This document shows positions 56,572-63,783 of a stretch of DNA of 64,000 bases, in pieces. Source of the DNA: a virus; IMG/VR virus record IMGVR_UViG_3300025816_000002, one strand, 5' to 3'. The notes beneath the pieces are model-generated. The model did not search any database and was not told where the DNA came from. It saw only the letters and a list, made by a program, of their open reading frames with translations. Position numbers and translations under genes: made by a program. Position 1 is the stretch's first letter; each line of letters opens with the position of its first letter.

Positions 56572-56607
56572 TAGCCTACTACTATTATAATTAATTATCT
56601 ACCGTCG
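56566..56607. promoter_or_regulatory. Inverted-repeat element copy 3, overlapping start of the HTH gene
   Basis: TGACATTAGC-N22-TCTACCGTCG. Confidence 0.65.
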
Positions 56608-56713
56608 CATTTTCATGCTTAGCACCTAAAGTCTGGAAATACATTTGATTTATTTTTAATAAATCTTTATGCTGATGCTTTAGTTTTATAATCCACTTAC
56701 TTCTTTTTTCCAT
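56591..56713 (-). CDS. 40-aa hypothetical protein
   Basis: MEKRSKWIIKLKHQHKDLLKINQMYFQTLGAKHENATVDN; fills the gap. Confidence 0.45.
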   Translation of the reverse strand: MEKRSKWIIKLKHQHKDLLKINQMYFQTLGAKHENATVDN

Positions 56714-57177
56714 GGCCTAGTTTTTATACTTTCGTTTTTGTTACGCACACTGTGCTTTTCTTTTTCATAGTAGTTCCAATACGCTGTGACGCTATCACCG
56801 TCTACTTTATACTCGTCAGGCATACATTGAGGTGGTTCTTCAAAACCGTTATCAATCATAGTGCTTGGTGGATACATTAATGCTTCTCGGCATTTGCTTA
56901 TTGTTAAGTGATGTTTATTGTATCTAGCTGTGTATTCTTTGCCTAAGGCTAACATGTGGTCATATAACCAATTGTAATGGTGCACACTGCTTCGTACCCA
57001 TATAGTACTAGGATGATTTAAGTGTGCTTTTTTGTAAGGTACGTTATCACCGTTGTCATACACATGGTGTGCAGTACACAACATTTGAGCACACTCTAGT
57101 ATCATCTTAACCTTATGCTTGTCATAAAAGTAACTTGCCGCTACTTTGGGATCTTCGTGTAAATAAAATATATTCAT
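56686..57177 (-). CDS. Pyrimidine-dimer DNA glycosylase family protein
   Basis: MNIFYL...DKH.VKMILE.AQML...H.NHPSTIWVR...PPQCMP. Confidence 0.75.
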   Translation of the reverse strand: MNIFYLHEDPKVAASYFYDKHKVKMILECAQMLCTAHHVYDNGDNVPYKKAHLNHPSTIWVRSSVHHYNWLYDHMLALGKEYTARYNKHHLTISKCREALMYPPSTMIDNGFEEPPQCMPDEYKVDGDSVTAYWNYYEKEKHSVRNKNESIKTRPWKKEVSGL

Positions 57178-57284
57178 TAATATCTTTTTTTGTTTACTCT
57201 GTTATAATATTCATCTAGCAACATATCTGCTACTTCCATACTTATCATATTTTCGTTATATAATTTCCATATTAATTTACTCAT
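57177..57284 (-). CDS. 35-aa hypothetical protein
   Basis: MSKLIWKLYNENMISMEVADMLLDEYYNRVNKKRY; coupled at both ends. Confidence 0.55.
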   Translation of the reverse strand: MSKLIWKLYNENMISMEVADMLLDEYYNRVNKKRY

Positions 57285-58104
57285 AATTACGTAAAGTTTT
57301 ATACAGTGGATGACGATAGCTATTAGCTTTAGTACGCTCAAAATAAGTGAACGTAGCTCGTTTGCCAATATAGTCGTTAACATTATTTAGTATATCTCTA
57401 CGGTCTTGAAAGTTATAGCCTTTGCCGATAGGGCAACCGAACTCAATACCTTCATCGTCGATCATTAAGAACTTACCGATTAAGCCTGTGAACTTACCTT
57501 TGCCGGGTACATAGCCTACTATCGTCGCTTCGGTATCGTGAAAGTCTTTAAACTTTTGTAAGTTATAAGATCGTTTACATTCGTAAACACCGTTTAAGCG
57601 CAGTATAGAGCCCTCGTAGCCGGAGTCAATCCAGTTCTCGTGTATAGCATTTGCTGCTTGGCGATGTGCAACTCGAAATGTTGGTACATATTTTACACAA
57701 TAAGAATACAACGGAGCTGTAGATAAAAATTTCATACGTTGTTCGAATGAAAGACTAGTGTCTACAAAATCGTAACAGTGAAACTGCACGTAAGCAGATG
57801 ATTCAACTCTGTCTCCAGCTTGCGGTTTAGTCTTACGAACTAATGAAATAATTTTTTCGAAATCATTCTTTAATTCGTGGTTGTATAATTCACCGTCAAG
57901 TATAAGTTCAGGATACGCTTTGAATACCGGTTTTAGATTTTCAAGTATGTGATCTATATTTAGCCAGGGTTTACCTGTACGAGACCACGCACCGTCTTTA
58001 GATATTACACAACGGACACCGTCAAGCTTAGGCTGCATGAATACTTTCTCGGACCAGTCGACAGGTTTCTTGTCTACTTTGTATGCGAGCATAGGTTTTA
58101 TCAT
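57277..58104 (-). CDS. lig: Minimal ATP-dependent DNA ligase
   Basis: QPKLDGVR (motif I), LDGELY, YEGSIL, KFKDFHD, TFTYF. Confidence 0.92.
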   Translation of the reverse strand: MIKPMLAYKVDKKPVDWSEKVFMQPKLDGVRCVISKDGAWSRTGKPWLNIDHILENLKPVFKAYPELILDGELYNHELKNDFEKIISLVRKTKPQAGDRVESSAYVQFHCYDFVDTSLSFEQRMKFLSTAPLYSYCVKYVPTFRVAHRQAANAIHENWIDSGYEGSILRLNGVYECKRSYNLQKFKDFHDTEATIVGYVPGKGKFTGLIGKFLMIDDEGIEFGCPIGKGYNFQDRRDILNNVNDYIGKRATFTYFERTKANSYRHPLYKTLRNYE

Positions 58105-58379
58105 AATTTTTTAATTTGGTTTTTAATGTTAGTTATTTTGTTTTTAGTAATTGAAGCTTTTTCAAATTGCTCAGCTTTTACTTGACGATCCAATTGATTT
58201 TCAAGTTCATTTAGCTCAAGAATAAGCACTTCTTCTTTTGACATAAGAGGTGTTTGCTTCTTCATCTCTTCGAATTCAGCGTAGAATTGCTGATCCCATT
58301 CACGTTGCTTAGCTAGTAAAGCGTCATAAACTTTGTCAGCAATTTTTTTAGCTAAAGAATCTAGTTCGTCTTCACTCAT
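58101..58379 (-). CDS. Hypothetical protein with UVR-like C-terminus
   Basis: LDRQVKAEQFEKASITKNKI. Confidence 0.6.
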   Translation of the reverse strand: MSEDELDSLAKKIADKVYDALLAKQREWDQQFYAEFEEMKKQTPLMSKEEVLILELNELENQLDRQVKAEQFEKASITKNKITNIKNQIKKL

Positions 58380-58609
58380 TAAGCGTAAGTAAATTTATAT
58401 ACAGGTAAAATGTATTTGTTAATAAACTTACCTTTAGATTCAGAAGTACGCAAACCTTCAAATACGTGGTTAGGAACCTTAGTGTAATTGTAGGAATCAC
58501 CGCTGTTAAAGGTTAATTTTAATCTATAAGTTTCATACTCATAAATAGCTGTTGAAATTGCAGTAGAGTTTACTTGTACAATTTGCTTAGGTAATACTAA
58601 TTTGTTCAT
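58379..58609 (-). CDS. KTSC-domain protein
   Basis: VNSTAI...Y...LKLTFNSG..YNY..VP..VFE.L..SESKGKFIN. Confidence 0.85.
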   Translation of the reverse strand: MNKLVLPKQIVQVNSTAISTAIYEYETYRLKLTFNSGDSYNYTKVPNHVFEGLRTSESKGKFINKYILPVYKFTYA

Positions 58610-58630
58610 AATTTAATTTAATTTAGTTTA

Positions 58631-58670
58631 GTTATTATTATTATCGATTTGTATTCGTGTTTGTTTTGTA
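58631..58670 (-). promoter_or_regulatory. Early promoter motif copy 2
   Basis: TACAA-N6-CACGA-N8-CGATAAT. Confidence 0.75.
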
Positions 58671-58674
58671 AATT

Positions 58675-59280
58675 TTAATGGAACACTAATCCTACTTTAT
58701 TTGTCTTGTTAAACCATCTTGTAGCCATCAAGTCAATACTAGAAGCATCCATATAACCGTTGCGTATAAGATCGCTGTGATTAGAAAATATTTTGGTGTG
58801 TCTGTGTTTTCTTTCATCTATTAAATGTTTTTGTTTCCCTGAATCAGAGAAGATTATATCATAATTACTTGGTAATGAAGCTTTTAGCATCATATCGATC
58901 ATGTTGGTGTAACTGTAAAACCGCACGTCCGGATTGTGTATAGCAATCTCAATCCACTTTTTTAGATATGCGCGAGAATAATAATCGCCGCTATCATGGA
59001 CTCTGACGTAATCAGGTTTCTTCTTACGTATTTCAGCGTTCATAGCTTCAACAAACTTGTCAGTCTTGCTGAGTTGATAACGCTTTTCAAACGCAGGTTT
59101 TACGTTACTCCATATGTAAGCTCCTTTCTTGGCGTAACAGAATTTAACACAACTGTCAGCCATGGGGCACGTCAGTTTCCCGCTAGCAGATTTGTAGGCA
59201 GGAATACCGAAGTTAAAGACCCGGAGCCCGAGTTCTTTTGATGTTTTTTTAAGTTTAGTATTTTGAGTTAATAAATTCAT
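58675..59280 (-). CDS. GP88-like, radical-SAM-related protein
   Basis: TCPMADSCVKFCYA, VRVHDSGDYY, RFYSYT. Confidence 0.7.
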   Translation of the reverse strand: MNLLTQNTKLKKTSKELGLRVFNFGIPAYKSASGKLTCPMADSCVKFCYAKKGAYIWSNVKPAFEKRYQLSKTDKFVEAMNAEIRKKKPDYVRVHDSGDYYSRAYLKKWIEIAIHNPDVRFYSYTNMIDMMLKASLPSNYDIIFSDSGKQKHLIDERKHRHTKIFSNHSDLIRNGYMDASSIDLMATRWFNKTNKVGLVFH

Positions 59281-59282
59281 AG

Positions 59283-59546
59283 TTAATCTAATAATACCAT
59301 ATAAGCTTCTACATTATTTTTACGGAACCAGTTCAATGCTTTATGAAAGTCATTAACCTGCTTTTCAGTAACTGATTTAGGTGCCATTTCAAACACTCGC
59401 TGAGATCCCATTATAAAATCGTATATTGAAAGCTCGAGAGCATTCAGTGTATAGCATTCGCCGCTAAAAGGGTTTCGTACCTCTTCACCACTACTGTATA
59501 TCATGCCTTTAAACCATTTAGGTATTGTTTGTTTTTTAGTTTTCAT
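59283..59546 (-). CDS. Hypothetical early protein
   Basis: 87 aa ORF in operon. Confidence 0.7.
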   Translation of the reverse strand: MKTKKQTIPKWFKGMIYSSGEEVRNPFSGECYTLNALELSIYDFIMGSQRVFEMAPKSVTEKQVNDFHKALNWFRKNNVEAYMVLLD

Positions 59547-60201
59547 TTTTTAATTTATTAAAGTGAAGTACTCCTTTTACCGCAGTAGTAATAGTTAGTC
59601 CATAGTGATTAGCTACAACTTCATATCTACTTTTATCTTTAATTATTTGAGTAGCGTGATTTAACCACTTGTACTCATGATCAACGGTAATGTTAATAAA
59701 GCCATCGTATATTTCTTTTGCGCCAGTAAACTGATCATCTTGAGAGATCATCTCTATGTACTGTAATGCGTTTATAGGAGTAACTATTTTATGGTTATAA
59801 CCTTCGTCTAATAGCTCATCTACAACTTCTTCTTCTATTCGGCACAGTAGATCTTCATAGTGCCTAGTGATAGCATCTTCAACGAAGTCATAGTTGTCAC
59901 AGTATATATTATTGTAATCGGGTATCGCGTCATATAATACATCGTTAAGTTCGTTTTCGTAATAGTATACATCTTCGTTAACGTTTATACTTTTATCATC
60001 AGCGGTTGCAATCCATACAGAATAGCCGTCAGCCGTAGATTCTTCGTATATACTGAAATCAGGGTCTCGCCAATGGTCTGTTATCTCGCATTCAAAGTAT
60101 TCAAGCACTTGTTTTTTAGCGTGCTCATCGTCACAGCCTTCGATCCAACCTTTGGATTCCATTCTTTGAGTTATTAACTCGTCAGTTATAAATTTATTCA
60201 T
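59536..60201 (-). CDS. Acidic hypothetical early protein
   Basis: 221 aa ORF in operon. Confidence 0.75.
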   Translation of the reverse strand: MNKFITDELITQRMESKGWIEGCDDEHAKKQVLEYFECEITDHWRDPDFSIYEESTADGYSVWIATADDKSINVNEDVYYYENELNDVLYDAIPDYNNIYCDNYDFVEDAITRHYEDLLCRIEEEVVDELLDEGYNHKIVTPINALQYIEMISQDDQFTGAKEIYDGFINITVDHEYKWLNHATQIIKDKSRYEVVANHYGLTITTAVKGVLHFNKLKNEN

Positions 60202-60211
60202 GTTTAATTAT

Positions 60212-60427
60212 TTATTGGTATATTCTTTGTTCAATCCATTGCCATACTTGTATTTCTCTTTGGCAACTTCTTATTAATAGTTCGTGCTCTTCGACTGTTA
60301 TAGGTCCTGTGGCACCTAGTTTTAAATCGTTCTTTAGATCTTCTAACTCGAAGTCTAGGGTCGTTAGTTTAGCGTTAGCTTTTCGCCTTGCTAGTTCGAT
60401 TACTTCGTTATCTGTTAAGGAAAGCAT
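60212..60427 (-). CDS. Hypothetical early protein
   Basis: 71 aa ORF. Confidence 0.65.
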   Translation of the reverse strand: MLSLTDNEVIELARRKANAKLTTLDFELEDLKNDLKLGATGPITVEEHELLIRSCQREIQVWQWIEQRIYQ

Positions 60428-60608
60428 CGCCTAGGAAATCAATGTTACATATTTTCAGTACGTCGTAAGCGGTTCCGTATCTTACGTTTGTAAAAAACTC
60501 TTCGCTTTTTAATTCAGCTATAATCATATTAGCAGTATGAGGGTATCTTTCCCCGTACTCTTTAATAGCCGCTTTGTTTTCAGGCATTAGTCTTTTGTAT
60601 AAACTCAT
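60408..60608 (-). CDS. Hypothetical early protein
   Basis: 66 aa ORF. Confidence 0.7.
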   Translation of the reverse strand: MSLYKRLMPENKAAIKEYGERYPHTANMIIAELKSEEFFTNVRYGTAYDVLKICNIDFLGDAFLNR

Positions 60609-60626
60609 ATTGTATTAGTTTTTAAA

Positions 60627-60666
60627 TTCATATATATTATCGATCGTTAGTCGTGTTTAGTTTGTA
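60627..60666 (-). promoter_or_regulatory. Early promoter motif copy 3
   Basis: TACAA-N6-CACGA-N8-CGATAATATATATG. Confidence 0.8.
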
Positions 60667-60668
60667 AT

Positions 60669-60839
60669 TTATATTAAATCCCAGAGGTAATCAGGTTCTA
60701 GCCGGTACTCTTCGAATAATATTGTTTCAGCGTCCTCGCCTTTATACACTCTAGATCTTATACCTTTTATTTCTAGATCTGCTTCGATACCGGTCATACC
60801 ATCGCGCTCCATTAATACTTGTTTAAGTTCGTTTCTCAT
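60669..60839 (-). CDS. 56-aa hypothetical protein
   Basis: MRNELKQVLMERDGMTG...LEPDYLWDLI; not in the track. Confidence 0.65.
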   Translation of the reverse strand: MRNELKQVLMERDGMTGIEADLEIKGIRSRVYKGEDAETILFEEYRLEPDYLWDLI

Positions 60840-60846
60840 AATTATT

Positions 60847-61098
60847 TTATATAGTTGTTAATTCTATTTCTTCGTTTATTAAGTTAGCTATTTCATTATA
60901 GTTAGGTAATGCTAAAAACAATCTAGCGTAATCTTCCACGTGATGTGACCCTTGTTTCATTTCATAGTTGTCAAACACCATCTCTGTTGCCATTTCTATT
61001 AAATCGTCAGCAGTGACGGGTTCTGTAAATTCTATATTGTTAAATAGATCAGAGGAAATTCTCCATGTAGCGTAATCTGTATATCCGTTGTAGCTCAT
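60847..61098 (-). CDS. Hypothetical early protein
   Basis: 83 aa, YNGYTDYATW start. Confidence 0.7.
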   Translation of the reverse strand: MSYNGYTDYATWRISSDLFNNIEFTEPVTADDLIEMATEMVFDNYEMKQGSHHVEDYARLFLALPNYNEIANLINEEIELTTI

Positions 61099-61301
61099 TA
61101 GTCTTGGTATTTTTTAAGTGTCATACTATTTACTTTGTCAATGATCTCATTACCTACCATAGTAAAATAACCGGGTGCATATAAAGATCTTTTACCTTCA
61201 GATTCTGTAGCTAGTACATCTGATTCTGCTTCTTGAATAGCGTGTCTTAACGCTGTTTGGATGAAATACTTTTCAAATCCGTTAAATTTTGTTTTACTCA
61301 T
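61098..61301 (-). CDS. Hypothetical early protein
   Basis: 67 aa ORF. Confidence 0.7.
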   Translation of the reverse strand: MSKTKFNGFEKYFIQTALRHAIQEAESDVLATESEGKRSLYAPGYFTMVGNEIIDKVNSMTLKKYQD

Positions 61302-61322
61302 TTTATTTTATTTTAAATTAGG

Positions 61323-61395
61323 TGCGCAGGAAGGATTCGAACCTTCGACCTCGAGTTTATGAGACTCGCGAGATAACCAACTTCTCCACCGCGCC
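61323..61395 (-). tRNA. tRNA with CAT anticodon (Met, initiator-like)
   Basis: Cloverleaf: GGCGCGG acceptor, CGAGT-CTCATAA-ACTCG, GAAGG-TTCGAAT-CCTTC; CCA not encoded. Confidence 0.88.
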
Positions 61396-61409
61396 ATTTG
61401 TTTATTTAG

Positions 61410-61480
61410 TTGACTCACAAGGATTCGAACCTTGAATGACGGTACCAAAAACCGTAGTGTTACCATTACACTATGAGTCA
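61410..61480 (-). tRNA. tRNA-Gln(TTG)
   Basis: TGACTCA/TGAGTCA acceptor (U1-A72), ACGGT-TTTTGGT-ACCGT, CAAGG-TTCGAAT-CCTTG. Confidence 0.92.
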
Positions 61481-61483
61481 TTT

Positions 61484-61775
61484 GTAACTAGTGAGGATTC
61501 GAACCTCATACCCGTCGGTAGCCCATATAATACTACAAGCTCGTGAAAACGTTTACTTGTACAATATTTTTACCTGACCTAGTTTCCAGTAATTAGGTAC
61601 CGCTCTCCACGGTATCTTTACAGCATTCGCCCACCTAACTACTTATCCAGACATTTCCTAACCACATAGTGGAGACGTTATTTATTCGCTGGGTTTATAA
61701 AGAAGCGTGATCGGCGTCTAATACATTTTCGTCATTAGATATACCGGCCGGTCCACCGATGTTTGCTTCTTTATA
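61484..61775 (-). ncRNA. Unassigned structured RNA with tRNA-like 3' domain
   Basis: No long ORF; many predicted helices including an 11-bp and a 10-bp helix; ends in TGAGG-TTCGAAT-CCTCA T-arm plus acceptor-like stem. Confidence 0.65.
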
Positions 61776-61985
61776 TTATCTTCTTCGTTGTGACTTGTGT
61801 ACAAGATCACTTAATTCTTGGCTTACTATTTGAATAGTGTTACCTGTTTTATGATAAGTTATAGGTACATAAGAATATGTTTTTACTTCAGAACATGATG
61901 GACATGTTTTATAACCTAAGTTTAATCGATAAGGGTGGACTTTGTCGCCGCATTTACAATACATAGTTTTATATTTTTTATTCAT
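61776..61985 (-). CDS. C4 zinc-finger protein (DksA/TraR-like finger)
   Basis: CKCGDKVHPYRLNLGYKTCPSC; ATG abuts an early promoter. Confidence 0.65.
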   Translation of the reverse strand: MNKKYKTMYCKCGDKVHPYRLNLGYKTCPSCSEVKTYSYVPITYHKTGNTIQIVSQELSDLVHKSQRRR

Positions 61986-62020
61986 ATATATTATCGAACA
62001 ACATTCGTGTTAGTCTTGTA
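61981..62020 (-). promoter_or_regulatory. Early promoter motif copy 4
   Basis: TACAA-N6-CACGA-N8-CGATAATATATATG. Confidence 0.8.
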
Positions 62021-62255
62021 TCATTGAAGCCGCTAATCCGTCTAGATAAGAGTCATCTTGGTCGTAATACCTTCTTCTAGTAGACATATACATTTTCTCA
62101 ACAGCTAAGAACATTACCATATCGTGTAGATCTTCGTAGTCGTCGCCATCTAAAGGGTAATCCCCTAGTTGCCAATCAATGCTATCATGCATTAGTTCTT
62201 TAGTGACTTCGGCAACACCTTGTGCTATCTCGTCTAGTTCTTTCATTTTACTCAT
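62010..62255 (-). CDS. Acidic hypothetical early protein
   Basis: 81 aa ORF. Confidence 0.7.
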   Translation of the reverse strand: MSKMKELDEIAQGVAEVTKELMHDSIDWQLGDYPLDGDDYEDLHDMVMFLAVEKMYMSTRRRYYDQDDSYLDGLAASMIQD

Positions 62256-62367
62256 CGTAAATCTTTACTTTTAATTCGTTAATTTTTTCGTTTAAATACC
62301 AATCATCTTCGTAATGTAACCTTATATATAAGGCTATTGATTCCATAAGATCCGCTTTACTACTCAT
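62248..62367 (-). CDS. 39-aa hypothetical protein
   Basis: MSSKADLMESIALYIRLHYEDDWYL...; coupled overlaps. Confidence 0.55.
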   Translation of the reverse strand: MSSKADLMESIALYIRLHYEDDWYLNEKINELKVKIYDE

Positions 62368-62645
62368 TACCTACAGTTCATATTATTAAAACTGAATAGA
62401 TGGTTTATTCTATCTCTTTGTAGAGGTATTAGTTCTCTTTTAACATTAAACCAACCTTTACCGTTTTTCATTAAGAAAGGAGTTTTTATTTGTTTATTAA
62501 TTTGGTACATTAGGGTTTTACCATTATTGTAGTTGATACCTTTGGTAGATACTCTTACATATCCACTTGGATAAGTTACACCTAATCTTCCATCGCTCAA
62601 TTTAAAATGTAGAGCTCCACTTTTAGTTACTTTAATTAATTTCAT
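62367..62645 (-). CDS. Basic hypothetical early protein
   Basis: 92 aa ORF. Confidence 0.7.
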   Translation of the reverse strand: MKLIKVTKSGALHFKLSDGRLGVTYPSGYVRVSTKGINYNNGKTLMYQINKQIKTPFLMKNGKGWFNVKRELIPLQRDRINHLFSFNNMNCR

Positions 62646-62647
62646 AG

Positions 62648-62824
62648 TTATACTGGTACATAAGTTAATCCTTTATAATTGAACCATTCGCTGATTCCGT
62701 CCTGATCTTTTTCTGCGTTGTATATAAAACCGAATGTTGATGGTAGATCACCGATCAAGTATGGTTTGTATTGTACGCCATTTAATTTAATTCTTTTTGT
62801 TTTAAGAAATTTTATTTTATTCAT
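62648..62824 (-). CDS. 58-aa hypothetical protein
   Basis: MNKIKFLKTKRIKLNGVQYKPY...WFNYKGLTYVPV; not in the track. Confidence 0.65.
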   Translation of the reverse strand: MNKIKFLKTKRIKLNGVQYKPYLIGDLPSTFGFIYNAEKDQDGISEWFNYKGLTYVPV

Positions 62825-62838
62825 TATATTAATTTTTA

Positions 62839-62878
62839 TTCATATATATTATCGATATATATTCGTATTAGTTTTGTA
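62839..62878 (-). promoter_or_regulatory. Early promoter motif copy 5
   Basis: TACAA-N6-TACGA-N8-CGATAATATATATG. Confidence 0.8.
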
Positions 62879-63107
62879 AAAAATACTTCGTCGCTTCGTA
62901 GTTTAATACTTGTAATTCTTTATGGTATTCTACATTACCTATATAGTAATCGATCGCTTCTTTCATGCGTTTTTCAGTGAATTTCGTAAAGCATGAGGTA
63001 TCTACATGTTCAAGTAAAGCTTCGTCAGAACACTTAAACATCGTTGCACGGTTACCCATGTAATCTTTTACTTGTATTTCTTTATAAAAATATCCTCTAT
63101 ATTCCAT
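62868..63107 (-). CDS. Hypothetical early protein
   Basis: 79 aa ORF. Confidence 0.7.
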   Translation of the reverse strand: MEYRGYFYKEIQVKDYMGNRATMFKCSDEALLEHVDTSCFTKFTEKRMKEAIDYYIGNVEYHKELQVLNYEATKYFLQN

Positions 63108-63351
63108 TATTCATATTTATAGTTACTTCAACCCAGCCTTTCTCGCTGTGACCTGCATATACTCTTAGACCGTCTTTTACTAGTATATCTACTAATTTAT
63201 TTGCCGCTCGCCAAAGACTTGGTTCTGGCATTTCATCGTGTTCGTCGTCGTACATTACTTCGCCTCTACATTGGTAGAACACATCGTCTACGTCATTCTC
63301 TACTAGTTCAAAATCCCAACCGTTTACGGTTATATTTTCACATAATTCCAT
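63097..63351 (-). CDS. Hypothetical early protein
   Basis: Likely start MELCENITVNGW at 63351, after the stop of the upstream ORF. Confidence 0.65.
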   Translation of the reverse strand: MELCENITVNGWDFELVENDVDDVFYQCRGEVMYDDEHDEMPEPSLWRAANKLVDILVKDGLRVYAGHSEKGWVEVTINMNNGI

Positions 63352-63352
63352 A

Positions 63353-63487
63353 TTACTTAAATTTAGCCGCGACTTCGCGTATTTCTTTTTTATCATTTTC
63401 ATCTAAGTTCGCTGTTTGACTAGCGTACATTCTTAGTACATAGTGTACAAAAGTACAATCTCCGTCGGTAAGTTTAATAGTTCTCAT
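63353..63487 (-). CDS. 44-aa hypothetical protein
   Basis: MRTIKLTDGDCTFVHYVLRMY...; tight packing. Confidence 0.6.
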   Translation of the reverse strand: MRTIKLTDGDCTFVHYVLRMYASQTANLDENDKKEIREVAAKFK

Positions 63488-63488
63488 A

Positions 63489-63626
63489 TTATATAGTATT
63501 TGTAGATTTATAAAATTCAATTCTTTCGTTGACTTCGTCTCGAGTTACCTCACCCGTGAGTTGCCTTAGTATGTCGGTAGACATATCGATCCGTTTTCCG
63601 TTAGGACATCTTAGTATAAATTGCAT
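63489..63626 (-). CDS. 45-aa hypothetical protein
   Basis: MQFILRCPNGKRIDMSTDILRQ...; tight packing. Confidence 0.6.
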   Translation of the reverse strand: MQFILRCPNGKRIDMSTDILRQLTGEVTRDEVNERIEFYKSTNTI

Positions 63627-63628
63627 AG

Positions 63629-63727
63629 TTAATTTCTTATTGCCCAAGATGCAGCGGCACCTAGATCGGTTAATACTTTGTTAACTCGTTTTAGTACTAT
63701 AAGTACTTTGTGTGTGAATTTTCTCAT
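63629..63727 (-). CDS. 32-aa hypothetical protein
   Basis: MRKFTHKVLIVLKRVNKVLTDLGAAASWAIRN. Confidence 0.55.
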   Translation of the reverse strand: MRKFTHKVLIVLKRVNKVLTDLGAAASWAIRN

Positions 63728-63742
63728 TTTATTTAGTTTTTA

Positions 63743-63783
63743 TTACATTTATATTATCGATAGGTAATCGTATTTAGTTTGTA
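63743..63783 (-). promoter_or_regulatory. Early promoter motif copy 6
   Basis: TACAA-N6-TACGA-N8-CGATAATATAAATG(TAA). Confidence 0.8.

Noticed and set aside
61484-61775. tmRNA, suggested by the T-arm and an in-frame SNDENVLDADHASL peptide after the stop at 61776
   Set aside because: No G3-U70 pair or GGGG 5' end, and the peptide lies upstream of the acceptor 5' strand and lacks an ALAA-type end. The NDEN similarity and a read-through extension are treated as chance.
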